Assembly (NCBI GenBank): GCA_027923505.1
Contig: BROI01000011.1
Coordinates: 992,001 to 1,042,727 of the forward strand
Direction of reading: 5' to 3'
Source of the DNA: Mayamaea pseudoterrestris
Lineage: Eukaryota
Length of the DNA: 50,727 bases
Below the pieces are notes generated by a model that did no database searches, was not told the DNA's origin, and saw nothing but the letters and a program-made list of their open reading frames with translations. This document shows, in pieces, positions 22,401-37,400 of this stretch. The first letter of the stretch is position 1, and each line of letters begins with the position of its first letter. Position numbers and translations under genes: made by a program.

Positions 22401-25400
22401 AAGTGAATGCACTATACAATATCCATTTGTGACCTTGGATCATGCCCCAAGCCAGTTTACAAAGAGATTGTGGGGATCTGATGTTTGCCACTGCTAGGGT
22501 AGGCAGTCACATAGTACCTGCTAACTGAAGCTGCTGACCTGAAGGCAAAAGGCAAGCAGGAGGCTGATGCGCAAAACAAATTCACCAAGGAGGTATGTCT
22601 TGTGCCCTCGGATCATGCACAGTGGCTGTACGCATAGAGTGTGTGGGCACTTCATGTTTGCCACTGCTAGGTTGGTGTTCGGCAGTTGGGTAGTACATAC
22701 CAGCAACTTCTGCGGATCTGGAAGCAGGCAACATGCAGGAGGCAAATGCACAAAGTGAATGCACTATACAATATCCATTTGTGACCTTGGATCATGCCCC
22801 AAGCCAGTTTACAAAGAGATTGTGGGGATCTGATGTTTGCCACTGCTAGGGTAGGCAGTCACATAGTACCTGCTAACTGAAGCTGCTGACCTGAAGGCAA
22901 AAGGCAAGCAGGAGGCTGATGCGCAAAACAAATTCACCAAGGAGGTATGTCTTGTGCCCTCGGATCATGCACAGTGGCTGTACGCATAGAGTGTGTGGGC
23001 ACTTCATGTTTGCCACTGCTAGGTTGGTGTTCGGCAGTTGGGTAGTACATACCAGCAACTTCTGCGGATCTGGAAGCAGGCAACATGCAGGAGGCAAATG
23101 CACAAAGTGAATGCACTATACAATATCCATTTGTGACCTTGGATCATGCCCCAAGCCAGTTTACAAAGAGATTGTGGGGATCTGATGTTTGCCACTGCTA
23201 GGGTAGGCAGTCACATAGTACCTGCTAACTGAAGCTGCTGACCTGAAGGCAAAAGGCAAGCAGGAGGCTGATGCGCAAAACAAATTCACCAAGGAGGTAT
23301 GTCTTGTGCCCTCGGATCATGCACAGTGGCTGCACGCATAGAGTGTGTGGGCACTTCATGTTTGCCACTGCTAGGTTGGTGTTCGGCAGTTGGGTAGTAC
23401 ATACCAGCAACTTCTGCGGATCTGGAAGCAGGCAACATGCAGGAGGCAAATGCACAAAGTGAATGCACTATACAATATCCATTTGTGACCTTGGATCATG
23501 CCCCAAGCCAGTTTACAAAGAGATTGTGGGGATCTGATGTTTGCCACTGCTAGGGTAGGCAGTCACATAGTACCTGCTAACTGAAGCTGCTGACCTGAAG
23601 GCAAAAGGCAAGCAGGAGGCTGATGCGCAAAACAAATTCACCAAGGAGGTATGTCTTGTGCCCTCGGATCATGCACAGTGGCTGTACGCATAGAGTGTGT
23701 GGGCACTTCATGTTTGCCACTGCTAGGTTGGTGTTCGGCAGTTGGGTAGTACATACCAGCAACTTCTGCGGATCTGGAAGCAGGCAACATGCAGGAGGCA
23801 AATGCACAAAGTGAATGCACTATACAATATCCATTTGTGACCTTGGATCATGCCCCAAGCCAGTTTACAAAGAGATTGTGGGGATCTGATGTTTGCCACT
23901 GCTAGGGTAGGCAGTCACATAGTACCTGCTAACTGAAGCTGCTGACCTGAAGGCAAAAGGCAAGCAGGAGGCTGATGCGCAAAACAAATTCACCAAGGAG
24001 GTATGTCTTGTGCCCTCGGATCATGCACAGTGGCTGTACGCATAGAGTGTGTGGGCACTTCATGTTTGCCACTGCTAGGTTGGTGTTCGGCAGTTGGGTA
24101 GTACATACCAGCAACTTCTGCGGATCTGGAAGCAGGCAACATGCAGGAGGCAAATGCACAAAGTGAATGCACTATACAATATCCATTTGTGACCTTGGAT
24201 CATGCCCCAAGCCAGTTTACAAAGAGATTGTGGGGATCTGATGTTTGCCACTGCTAGGGTAGGCAGTCACATAGTACCTGCTAACTGAAGCTGCTGACCT
24301 GAAGGCAAAAGGCAAGCAGGAGGCTGATGCGCAAAACAAATTCACCAAGGAGGTATGTCTTGTGCCCTCGGATCATGCACAGTGGCTGTACGCATAGAGT
24401 GTGTGGGCACTTCATGTTTGCCACTGCTAGGTTGGTGTTCGGCAGTTGGGTAGTACATACCAGCAACTTCTGCGGATCTGGAAGCAGGCAACATGCGGGA
24501 GGCAAATGCACAAAGTGAATGCACTATACAATATCCATTTGTGACCTTGGATCATGCCCCAAGCCAGTTTACAAAGAGATTGTGGGGATCTGATGTTTGC
24601 CACTGCTAGGGTAGGCAGTCACATAGTACCTGCTAACTGAAGCTGCTGACCTGAAGGCAAAAGGCAAGCAGGAGGCTGATGCGCAAAACAAATTCACCAA
24701 GGAGGTATGTCTTGTGCCCTTCGGATCATGCACAGTGGCTGTACGCATAGAGTGTGTGGGCACTTCATGTTTGCCACTGCTAGGTTGGTGTTCGGCAGTT
24801 GGGTAGTACATACCAGCAACTTCTGCGGATCTGGAAGCAGGCAACATGCAGGAGGCAAATGCACAAAGTGAATGCACTATACAATATCCATTTGTGACCT
24901 TGGATCATGCCCCAAGCCAGTTTACAAAGAGATTGTGGGGATCTGATGTTTGCCACTGCTAGGGTAGGCAGTCACATAGTACCTGCTAACTGAAGCTGCT
25001 GACCTGAAGGCAAAAGGCAAGCAGGAGGCTGATGCGCAAAACAAATTCACCAAGGAGGTATGTCTTGTGCCCTCGGATCATGCACAGTGGCTGTACGCAT
25101 AGAGTGTGTGGGCACTTCATGTTTGCCACTGCTAGGTTGGTGTTCGGCAGTTGGGTAGTACATACCAGCAACTTCTGCGGATCTGGAAGCAGGCAACATG
25201 CAGGAGGCAAATGCACAAAGTGAATGCACTATACAATATCCATTTGTGACCTTGGATCATGCCCCAAGCCAGTTTACAAAGAGATTGTGGGGATCTGATG
25301 TTTGCCACTGCTAGGGTAGGCAGTCACATAGTACCTGCTAACTGAAGCTGCTGACCTGAAGGCAAAAGGCAAGCAGGAGGCTGATGCGCAAAACAAATTC

Positions 25401-28400
25401 ACCAAGGAGGTATGTCTTGTGCCCTCGGATCATGCACAGTGGCTGTACGCATAGAGTGTGTGGGCACTTCATGTTTGCCACTGCTAGGTTGGTGTTCGGC
25501 AGTTGGGTAGTACATACCAGCAACTTCTGCGGATCTGGAAGCAGGCAACATGCAGGAGGCAAATGCACAAAGTGAATGCACTATACAATATCCATTTGTG
25601 ACCTTGGATCATGCCCCAAGCCAGTTTACAAAGAGATTGTGGGGATCTGATGTTTGCCACTGCTAGGGTAGGCAGTCACATAGTACCTGCTAACTGAAGC
25701 TGCTGACCTGAAGGCAAAAGGCAAGCAGGAGGCTGATGCGCAAAACAAATTCACCAAGGAGGTATGTCTTGTGCCCTCGGATCATGCACAGTGGCTGTAC
25801 GCATAGAGTGTGTGGGCACTTCATGTTTGCCACTGCTAGGTTGGTGTTCGGCAGTTGGGTAGTACATACCAGCAACTTCTGCGGATCTGGAAGCAGGCAA
25901 CATGCAGGAGGCAAATGCACAAAGTGAATGCACTATACAATATCCATTTGTGACCTTGGATCATGCCCCAAGCCAGTTTACAAAGAGATTGTGGGGATCT
26001 GATGTTTGCCACTGCTAGGGTAGGCAGTCACATAGTACCTGCTAACTGAAGCTGCTGACCTGAAGCAACAACGCAAGCAGGAGGCTGATGCGCAAAACAA
26101 ATTCACCAAGGAGGTATGTCTTGTGCCCTCGGATCATGCACAGTGGCTGTACGCATAGAGTGTGTGGGCACTTCATGTTTGCCACTGCTAGGTTGGTGTT
26201 CGGCAGTTGGGTAGTACATACCAGCAACTTCTGCGGATCTGGAAGCAGGCAACATGCAGGAGGCAAATGCACAAAGTGAATGCACTATACAATATCCATT
26301 TGTGACCTTGGATCATGCCCCAAGCCAGTTTACAAAGAGATTGTGGGGATCTGATGTTTGCCACTGCTAGGGTAGGCAGTCACATAGTACCTGCTAACTG
26401 AAGCTGCTGACCTGAAGGCAAAAGGCAAGCAGGAGGCTGATGCGCAAAACAAATTCACCAAGGAGGTATGTCTTGTGCCCTCGGATCATGCACAGTGGCT
26501 GTACGCATAGAGTGTGTGGGCACTTCATGTTTGCCACTGCTAGGTTGGTGTTCGGCAGTTGGGTAGTACATACCAGCAACTTCTGCGGATCTGGAAGCAG
26601 GCAACATGCAGGAGGCAAATGCACAAAGTGAATGCACTATACAATATCCATTTGTGACCTTGGATCATGCCCCAAGCCAGTTTACAAAGAGATTGTGGGG
26701 ATCTGATGTTTGCCACTGCTAGGGTAGGCAGTCACATAGTACCTGCTAACTGAAGCTGCTGACCTGAAGGCAAAAGGCAAGCAGGAGGCTGATGCGCAAA
26801 ACAAATTCACCAAGGAGGTATGTCTTGTGCCCTCGGATCATGCACAGTGGCTGTACGCATAGAGTGTGTGGGCACTTCATGTTTGCCACTGCTAGGTTGG
26901 TGTTCGGCAGTTGGGTAGTACATACCAGCAACTTCTGCGGATCTGGAAGCAGGCAACATGCAGGAGGCAAATGCACAAAGTGAATGCACTATACAATATC
27001 CATTTGTGACCTTGGATCATGCCCCAAGCCAGTTTACAAAGAGATTGTGGGGATCTGATGTTTGCCACTGCTAGGGTAGGCAGTCACATAGTACCTGCTA
27101 ACTGAAGCTGCTGACCTGAAGGCAAAAGGCAAGCAGGAGGCTGATGCGCAAAACAAATTCACCAAGGAGGTATGTCTTGTGCCCTCGGATCATGCACAGT
27201 GGCTGTACGCATAGAGTGTGTGGGCACTTCATGTTTGCCACTGCTAGGTTGGTGTTCGTCAGCTGGAGATCGGCAGGGTACATACCAGCAACTTCTGCGG
27301 ATCTGGAAGCAGGCAACATGCAGGAGGCAAATGCACAAAGTGAATGCACTATACAATATCCATTTGTGACCTTGGATCATGCCCCAAGCCAGTTTACAAA
27401 GAGATTGTGGGGATCTGATGTTTGCCACTGCTAGGGTAGGCAGTCACATAGTACCTGCTAACTGAAGCTGCTGACCTGAAGGCAAAAGGCAAGCAGGAGG
27501 CTGATGCACTCGGATCATGCACAGTGGCTGTACGCATAGAGTGTGTGGGCACTTCATGTTTGCCACTGCTAGGTTGGTGTTCGGCAGTTGGGTAGTACAT
27601 ACCAGCAACTTCTGCGGATCTGGAAGCAGGCAACATGCAGGAGGCAAATGCACAAAGTGAATGCACTATACAATATCCATTTGTGACCTTGGATCATGCC
27701 CCAAGCCAGTTTACAAAGAGATTGTGGGGATCTGATGTTTGCCACTGCTAGGGTAGGCAGTCACATAGTACCTGCTAACTGAAGCTGCTGACCTGAAGGC
27801 AAAAGGCAAGCAGGAGGCTGATGCGCAAAACAAATTCACCAAGGAGGTATGTCTTGTGCCCTCGGATCATGCACAGTGGCTGTACGCATAGAGTGTGTGG
27901 GCACTTCATGTTTGCCACTGCTAGGTTGGTGTTCGGCAGTTGGGTAGTACATACCAGCAACTTCTGCGGATCTGGAAGCAGGCAACATGCAGGAGGCAAA
28001 TGCACAAAGTGAATGCACTATACAATATCCATTTGTGACCTTGGATCATGCCCCAAGCCAGTTTACAAAGAGATTGTGGGGATCTGATGTTTGCCACTGC
28101 TAGGGTAGGCAGTCACATAGTACCTGCTAACTGAAGCTGCTGACCTGAAGGCAAAAGGCAAGCAGGAGGCTGATGCGCAAAACAAATTCACCAAGGAGGT
28201 ATGTCTTGTGCCCTCGGATCATGCACAGTGGCTGTACGCATAGAGTGTGTGGGCACTTCATGTTTGCCACTGCTAGGTTGGTGTTCGGCAGTTGGGTAGT
28301 ACATACCAGCAACTTCTGCGGATCTGGAAGCAGGCAACATGCAGGAGGCAAATGCACAAAGTGAATGCACTATACAATATCCATTTGTGACCTTGGATCA

Positions 28401-31400
28401 TGCCCCAAGCCAGTTTACAAAGAGATTGTGGGGATCTGATGTTTGCCACTGCTAGGGTAGGCAGTCACATAGTACCTGCTAACTGAAGCTGCTGACCTGA
28501 AGGCAAAAGGCAAGCAGGAGGCTGATGCGCAAAACAAATTCACCAAGGAGGTATGTCTTGTGCCCTCGGATCATGCACAGTGGCTGTACGCATAGAGTGT
28601 GTGGGCACTTCATGTTTGCCACTGCTAGGTTGGTGTTCGGCAGTTGGGTAGTACATACCAGCAACTTCTGCGGATCTGGAAGCAGGCAACATGCAGGAGG
28701 CAAATGCACAAAGTGAATGCACTATACAATATCCATTTGTGACCTTGGATCATGCCCCAAGCCAGTTTACAAAGAGATTGTGGGGATCTGATGTTTGCCA
28801 CTGCTAGGGTAGGCAGTCACATAGTACCTGCTAACTGAAGCTGCTGACCTGAAGGCAAAAGGCAAGCAGGAGGCTGATGCGCAAAACAAATTCACCAAGG
28901 AGGTATGTCTTGTGCCCTCGGATCATGCACAGTGGCTGTACGCATAGAGTGTGTGGGCACTTCATGTTTGCCACTGCTAGGTTGGTGTTCGGCAGTTGGG
29001 TAGTACATACCAGCAACTTCTGCGGATCTGGAAGCAGGCAACATGCAGGAGGCAAATGCACAAAGTGAATGCACTATACAATATCCATTTGTGACCTTGG
29101 ATCATGCCCCAAGCCAGTTTACAAAGAGATTGTGGGGATCTGATGTTTGCCACTGCTAGGGTAGGCAGTCACATAGTACCTGCTAACTGAAGCTGCTGAC
29201 CTGAAGGCAAAAGGCAAGCAGGAGGCTGATGCGCAAAACAAATTCACCAAGGAGGTATGTCTTGTGCCCTCGGATCATGCACAGTGGCTGTACGCATAGA
29301 GTGTGTGGGCACTTCATGTTTGCCACTGCTAGGTTGGTGTTCGGCAGTTGGGTAGTACATACCAGCAACTTCTGCGGATCTGGAAGCAGGCAACATGCAG
29401 GAGGCAAATGCACAAAGTGAATGCACTATACAATATCCATTTGTGACCTTGGATCATGCCCCAAGCCAGTTTACAAAGAGATTGTGGGGATCTGATGTTT
29501 GCCACTGCTAGGGTAGGCAGTCACATAGTACCTGCTAACTGAAGCTGCTGACCTGAAGGCAAAAGGCAAGCAGGAGGCTGATGCGCAAAACAAATTCACC
29601 AAGGAGGTATGTCTTGTGCCCTCGGATCATGCACAGTGGCTGTACGCATAGAGTGTGTGGGCACTTCATGTTTGCCACTGCTAGGTTGGTGTTCGGCAGT
29701 TGGGTAGTACATACCAGCAACTTCTGCGGATCTGGAAGCAGGCAACATGCAGGAGGCAAATGCACAAAGTGAATGCACTATACAATATCCATTTGTGACC
29801 TTGGATCATGCCCCAAGCCAGTTTACAAAGAGATTGTGGGGATCTGATGTTTGCCACTGCTAGGGTAGGCAGTCACATAGTACCTGCTAACTGAAGCTGC
29901 TGACCTGAAGGCAAAAGGCAAGCAGGAGGCTGATGCGCAAAACAAATTCACCAAGGAGGTATGTCTTGTGCCCTCGGATCATGCACAGTGGCTGTACGCA
30001 TAGAGTGTGTGGGCACTTCATGTTTGCCACTGCTAGGTTGGTGTTCGGCAGTTGGGTAGTACATACCAGCAACTTCTGCGGATCTGGAAGCAGGCAACAT
30101 GCAGGAGGCAAATGCACAAAGTGAATGCACTATACAATATCCATTTGTGACCTTGGATCATGCCCCAAGCCAGTTTACAAAGAGATTGTGGGGATCTGAT
30201 GTTTGCCACTGCTAGGGTAGGCAGTCACATAGTACCTGCTAACTGAAGCTGCTGACCTGAAGGCAAAAGGCAAGCAGGAGGCTGATGCGCAAAACAAATT
30301 CACCAAGGAGGTATGTCTTGTGCCCTCGGATCATGCACAGTGGCTGTACGCATAGAGTGTGTGGGCACTTCATGTTTGCCACTGCTAGGTTGGTGTTCGG
30401 CAGTTGGGTAGTACATACCAGCAACTTCTGCGGATCTGGAAGCAGGCAACATGCAGGAGGCAAATGCACAAAGTGAATGCACTATACAATATCCATTTGT
30501 GACCTTGGATCATGCCCCAAGCCAGTTTACAAAGAGATTGTGGGGATCTGATGTTTGCCACTGCTAGGGTAGGCAGTCACATAGTACCTGCTAACTGAAG
30601 CTGCTGACCTGAAGGCAAAAGGCAAGCAGGAGGCTGATGCGCAAAACAAATTCACCAAGGAGGTATGTCTTGTGCCCTCGGATCATGCACAGTGGCTGTA
30701 CGCATAGAGTGTGTGGGCACTTCATGTTTGCCACTGCTAGGTTGGTGTTCGGCAGTTGGGTAGTACATACCAGCAACTTCTGCGGATCTAGCCCACGCAG
30801 GCACACCCATGCAGGAGGCAAATGCACAAAGTGAATGCACTATACAATATCCATTTGTGACCTTGGATCATGCCCCAAGCCAGTTTACAAAGAGATTGTG
30901 GGGATCTGATGTTTGCCACTGCTAGGGTAGGCAGTCACATAGTACCTGCTAACTGAAGCTGCTGACCTGAAGGCAAAAGGCAAGCAGGAGGCTGATGCGC
31001 AAAACAAATTCACCAAGGAGGTATGTCTTGTGCCCTCGGATCATGCACAGTGGCTGTACGCATAGAGTGTGTGGGCACTTCATGTTTGCCACTGCTAGGT
31101 TGGTGTTCGGCAGTTGGGTAGTACATACCAGCAACTTCTGCGGATCTGGAAGCAGGCAACATGCAGGAGGCAAATGCACAAAGTGAATGCACTATACAAT
31201 ATCCATTTGTGACCTTGGATCATGCCCCAAGCCAGTTTACAAAGAGATTGTGGGGATCTGATGTTTGCCACTGCTAGGGTAGGCAGTCACATAGTACCTG
31301 CTAACTGAAGCTGCTGACCTGAAGGCAAAAGGCAAGCAGGAGGCTGATGCGCAAAACAAATTCACCAAGGAGGTATGTCTTGTGCCCTCGGATCATGCAC

Positions 31401-34400
31401 AGTGGCTGTACGCATAGAGTGTGTGGGCACTTCATGTTTGCCACTGCTAGGTTGGTGTTCGGCAGTTGGGTAGTACATACCAGCAACTTCTGCGGATCTG
31501 GAAGCAGGCAACATGCAGGAGGCAAATGCACAAAGTGAATGCACTATACAATATCCATTTGTGACCTTGGATCATGCCCCAAGCCAGTTTACAAAGAGAT
31601 TGTGGGGATCTGATGTTTGCCACTGCTAGGGTAGGCAGTCACATAGTACCTGCTAACTGAAGCTGCTGACCTGAAGGCAAAAGGCAAGCAGGAGGCTGAT
31701 GCGCAAAACAAATTCACCAAGGAGGTATGTCTTGTGCCCTCGGATCATGCACAGTGGCTGTACGCATAGAGTGTGTGGGCACTTCATGTTTGCCACTGCT
31801 AGGTTGGTGTTCGGCAGTTGGGTAGTACATACCAGCAACTTCTGCGGATCTGGAAGCAGGCAACATGCAGGAGGCAAATGCACAAAGTGAATGCACTATA
31901 CAATATCCATTTGTGACCTTGGATCATGCCCCAAGCCAGTTTACAAAGAGATTGTGGGGATCTGATGTTTGCCACTGCTAGGGTAGGCAGTCACATAGTA
32001 CCTGCTAACTGAAGCTGCTGACCTGAAGGCAAAAGGCAAGCAGGAGGCTGATGCGCAAAACAAATTCACCAAGGAGGTATGTCTTGTGCCCTCGGATCAT
32101 GCACAGTGGCTGTACGCATAGAGTGTGTGGGCACTTCATGTTTGCCACTGCTAGGTTGGTGTTCGGCAGTTGGGTAGTACATACCAGCAACTTCTGCGGA
32201 TCTGGAAGCAGGCAACATGCAGGAGGCAAATGCACAAAGTGAATGCACTATACAATATCCATTTGTGACCTTGGATCATGCCCCAAGCCAGTTTACAAAG
32301 AGATTGTGGGGATCTGATGTTTGCCACTGCTAGGGTAGGCAGTCACATAGTACCTGCTAACTGAAGCTGCTGACCTGAAGGCAAAAGGCAAGCAGGAGGC
32401 TGATGCGCAAAACAAATTCACCAAGGAGGTATGTCTTGTGCCCTCGGATCATGCACAGTGGCTGTACGCATAGAGTGTGTGGGCACTTCATGTTTGCCAC
32501 TGCTAGGTTGGTGTTCGGCAGTTGGGTAGTACATACCAGCAACTTCTGCGGATCTGGAAGCAGGCAACATGCAGGAGGCAAATGCACAAAGTGAATGCAC
32601 TATACAATATCCATTTGTGACCTTGGATCATGCCCCAAGCCAGTTTACAAAGAGATTGTGGGGATCTGATGTTTGCCACTGCTAGGGTAGGCAGTCACAT
32701 AGTACCTGCTAACTGAAGCTGCTGACCTGAAGGCAAAAGGCAAGCAGGAGGCTGATGCGCAAAACAAATTCACCAAGGAGGTATGTCTTGTGCCCTCGGA
32801 TCATGCACAGTGGCTGTACGCATAGAGTGTGTGGGCACTTCATGTTTGCCACTGCTAGGTTGGTGTTCGGCAGTTGGGTAGTACATACCAGCAACTTCTG
32901 CGGATCTGGAAGCAGGCAACATGCAGGAGGCAAATGCACAAAGTGAATGCACTATACAATATCCATTTGTGACCTTGGATCATGCCCCAAGCCAGTTTAC
33001 AAAGAGATTGTGGGGATCTGATGTTTGCCACTGCTAGGGTAGGCAGTCACATAGTACCTGCTAACTGAAGCTGCTGACCTGAAGGCAAAAGGCAAGCAGG
33101 AGGCTGATGCGCAAAACAAATTCACCAAGGAGGTATGTCTTGTGCCCTCGGATCATGCACAGTGGCTGTACGCATAGAGTGTGTGGGCACTTCATGTTTG
33201 CCACTGCTAGGTTGGTGTTCGGCAGTTGGGTAGTACATACCAGCAACTTCTGCGGATCTGGAAGCAGGCAACATGCAGGAGGCAAATGCACAAAGTGAAT
33301 GCACTATACAATATCCATTTGTGACCTTGGATCATGCCCCAAGCCAGTTTACAAAGAGATTGTGGGGATCTGATGTTTGCCACTGCTAGGGTAGGCAGTC
33401 ACATAGTACCTGCTAACTGAAGCTGCTGACCTGAAAGGAAAAAGGAAGCAGGAGGCTGATGCGCAAAACAAATTCACCAAGGAGGTATGTCTTGTGCCCT
33501 CGGATCATGCACAGTGGCTGTACGCATAGAGTGTGTGGGCACTTCATGTTTGCCACTGCTAGGTTGGTGTTCGGCAGTTGGGTAGTACATACCAGCAACT
33601 TCTGCGGATCTGGAAGCAGGCAACATGCAGGAGGCAAATGCACAAAGTGAATGCACTATACAATATCCATTTGTGACCTTGGATCATGCCCCAAGCCAGT
33701 TTACAAAGAGATTGTGGGGATCTGATGTTTGCCACTGCTAGGGTAGGCAGTCACATAGTACCTGCTAACTGAAGCTGCTGACCTGAAGGCAAAAGGCAAG
33801 CAGGAGGCTGATGCGCAAAACAAATTCACCAAGGTATGTCTTGGCCCTCGGATCATGCACGTGGCTGCACGGTGTGTGGGACTTCATGTTGCCACTGCTA
33901 GGTTGGTGTTTGGCAGTTGGGTGTACATACCAGCAACTTCTGGGATCTGGAAGCAGGAAAAATGCAGGAGGAAAATGAACAAAGTGAATGCACTATACAA
34001 TATTTTTTGTGACCTTGGATCATGCCCCAAGCCAGTTTACAAAGAGATTGTGGGGATCTGATGTTTGCCACTGCTAGGGTAGGCAGTCACATAGTACCTG
34101 CTAACTGAAGCTGCTGACCTGAAGGCAAAAGGCAAGCAGGAGGCTGATGCACTCGGATCATGCACAGTGGCTGTACGCATAGAGTGTGTGGGCACTTCAT
34201 GTTTGCCACTGCTAGGTTGGTGTTGGGCAGTTCGGTAGTACATACCAGCAACTTCTGCGGATCTGGAAGCAGGCAACATGCAGGAGGCAAATGCACAAAG
34301 TGAATGCACTATACAATATCCATTTGTGACCTTGGATCATGCCCCAAGCCAGTTTACAAAGAGATTGTGGGGATCTGATGTTTGCCACTGCTAGGGTAGG

Positions 34401-37400
34401 CAGTCACATAGTACCTGCTAACTGAAGCTGCTGACCTGAAGGCAAAAGGCAAGCAGGAGGCTGATGCGCAAAACAAATTCACCAAGGAGGTATGTCTTGT
34501 GCCCTCGGATCATGCACAGTGGCTGTACGCATAGAGTGTGTGGGCACTTCATGTTTGCCACTGCTAGGTTGGTGTGTTGCAGTTGGGTAGTACATACCAG
34601 CAACTTCTGCGGATCTGGAGGCAGGCAACATGCAGGAGGCAAATGCACAAAGTGAATGCACTATACAATATCCATTTGTGACCTTGGATCATGCCCCAAG
34701 CCAGTTTACAAAGAGATTGTGGGGATCTGATGTTTGCCACTGCTAGGGTAGGCAGTCACATAGTACCTGCCAACTGAAGCTGCTGACCTGAAGGCAAAAG
34801 GCAAGCAGGAGGCTGATGCGCAAAACAAATTCACCAAGGAGGTATGTCTTGTGCCCTCGGATCATGCACAGTGGCTGTACGCATAGAGTGTGTGGGCACT
34901 TCATGTTTGCCACTGCTAGGTTGGTGTTCGGCAGTTGGGTAGTACATACCAGCAACTTCTGCGGATCTGGAAGCAGGCAACATGCAGGAGGCAAATGCAC
35001 AAAGTGAATGCACTATACAATATCCATTTGTGACCTTGGATCATGCCCCAAGCCAGTTTACAAAGAGATTGTGGGGATCTGATGTTTGCCACTGCTAGGG
35101 TAGGCAGTCACATAGTACCTGCTAACTGAAGCTGCTGACCTGAAGGCAAAAGGCAAGCAGGAGGCTGATGCACAAAACAAATTCACCAAGGAGGTATGTC
35201 TTGTGCCCTCGGATCATGCACAGTGGCTGTACGCGTGTGCCAGTGTGTGGGCAGTTTAGTACATGCCACTGCTTAGTACAAGCAGAGGCAAATGCACAAA
35301 GTGAATGCACTATACAATATCCATTTGTGACCTTGGATCATGCCCCAAGCCAGTTTACAAAGAGATTGTGGGGGATCTGATGTTTGCCACTAGGTAGGCA
35401 GTCACAGCAGGCTGCTGACCTGAAGGCAAAAAGGCAAGCAGGGAGGCTGATGCGCAAAACAAATTCACCAAGGAGGTATGTCTTGTGCCCTCGGATCATG
35501 CACAGTGGCTGTACGCATAGAGTGTGTGGGCACTTCATGTTTGCCACTGCTAGGTTGGTGTTCGGCAGTTGGGTAGTACATACCAGCAACTTCTGCGGAT
35601 CTGGAAGCAGGCAACATGCAGGAGGCAAATGCACAAAGTGAATGCACTATACAATATCCATTTGTGACCTTGGATCATGCCCCAAGCCAGTTTACAAAGA
35701 GATTGTGGGGATCTGATGTTTGCCACTGCTAGGTTAGGCAGTCACATAGTACCTGCCAACAGACGCTGCTGACCTGAAGGCATTCGGCAAGCAGGAGGCT
35801 GATGCGCAAACAAAATTCACCAAGGAGGTATGTCTTGTGTCGTTGGATCATGCACAGTGGCTGTATCGCATAGAGTGTGTGGGCACTTCATGTTTGCTCT
35901 GAGTTGTTGCTTGGCATGGGTAGTACATACCAGCAACTTCTTGGATCTGGAAGCAGGCAACATGCAGGAGGCAAATGCACAAATGATGCAAAAACAAATC
36001 ATTTGTGACCTTGGATCATGCCCCAAGCCAGTAAATCGGTCTGATGTTGCCACCTGATAGGCAGTCACATAACGTCTGCTACAATTGTGCAGGCAAAGGC
36101 AAGCAGGAGGGCTGATGCAAACCATTAAGAAGGTATGTCTTGTGCCCTTGGATCATGCACAGTGGCTGTACGCATAGAGTGTGGGCACTTCATGTTTGCC
36201 ACTGCTAGGTTGGTGTTTAGCAGTTGGGTAGTGATACCAGCAACTTCTGCGGATCTGGAAGCAGGAAACAAGCAGGAGGCAAATGCACAAAGTGAATGCA
36301 CTATACAATATCCATTTGTGACCTTGGATCATGCCCCAAGCCAGTTTACAAAGAGATTGTGGGGATCTGATGTTTGCCACTGCTAGGTAAGGCAGTCACA
36401 AGGTACCTGCCAACAGAAGCTGCTGACCTGAAGGCAAAAGGCAAACAGGAGGCTGATGCGACAAACCAAATTCACCAAGGGGTATGTCTTGTGCCCTCGG
36501 GGTGGCGCATCAGAGTTGTGGCACTTCACATGTTTGCCACTGCTAGGTTGGTGTTCGGCAGTTGGGTGTACAAACCAAGAATCTGGAAGCAGGAAACATG
36601 CAGGAGGCAAATGCACAAAGTGAATGCACTATACAATATCCATTTGTGACCTTGGATCATGCCCCAAGCCAGTTTACAAAGAGATTGTGGGGATCTGATG
36701 TTTGCCACTGCTAGATAGGCAGTCACAAGGTACCTGCCAACAGAAGCTGCTGACCTGAAGGCAAAAGGCAAGCAGGAGGCTGATGCGCAAAACAAATTCA
36801 CCAAGGAGGTATGTCTTGTGCCCTTGGATCATGCAGTGGCTGCGCATAGCGTGTGTGGTCACTTCATGTTTGCCACTACTAGGGTGGTGTTTGGAAGTTG
36901 GGTAGTACATACCAGCAACTCCTGTGGATCTGGAGGCAGGCAACAAGCTGCAGGCAAATGCACAAAGTGAATGCATTATACAATATCCATTTGTGACCTT
37001 GGATCATGCCCCAAGCCAGTTTACAAAGAGGTTGTGGGGATCTGATGTTTGCCACTGCTAGGATAGGCAGTCACATAGTACCTGCCAACTGAAGCTGCTG
37101 ACCTGAAGGCAAAAGGCAAGCAGGAGGCTGATGCGCAAAACAAATTCACCAAGGAGGTATGTCTTGTGCCCTCGGATCATGCACAGTGGCTGTACGCATA
37201 GAGTGTGTGGGCACTTCTCATGCCAAAGGAAAAGGCAAGAGGAGGTGATTGCCACTGCTAGGTTGGTGTTCGGCAGTTGGGCAGTACATACCAGCAACTT
37301 CTGCGGATCTGGAAGCAGGCAACATGCAGGAGGCAAATGCACAAAGTGAATGCACTATACAATATTTTTTGTGACCTTGGATCATGCCCCAAGCCAGTTT

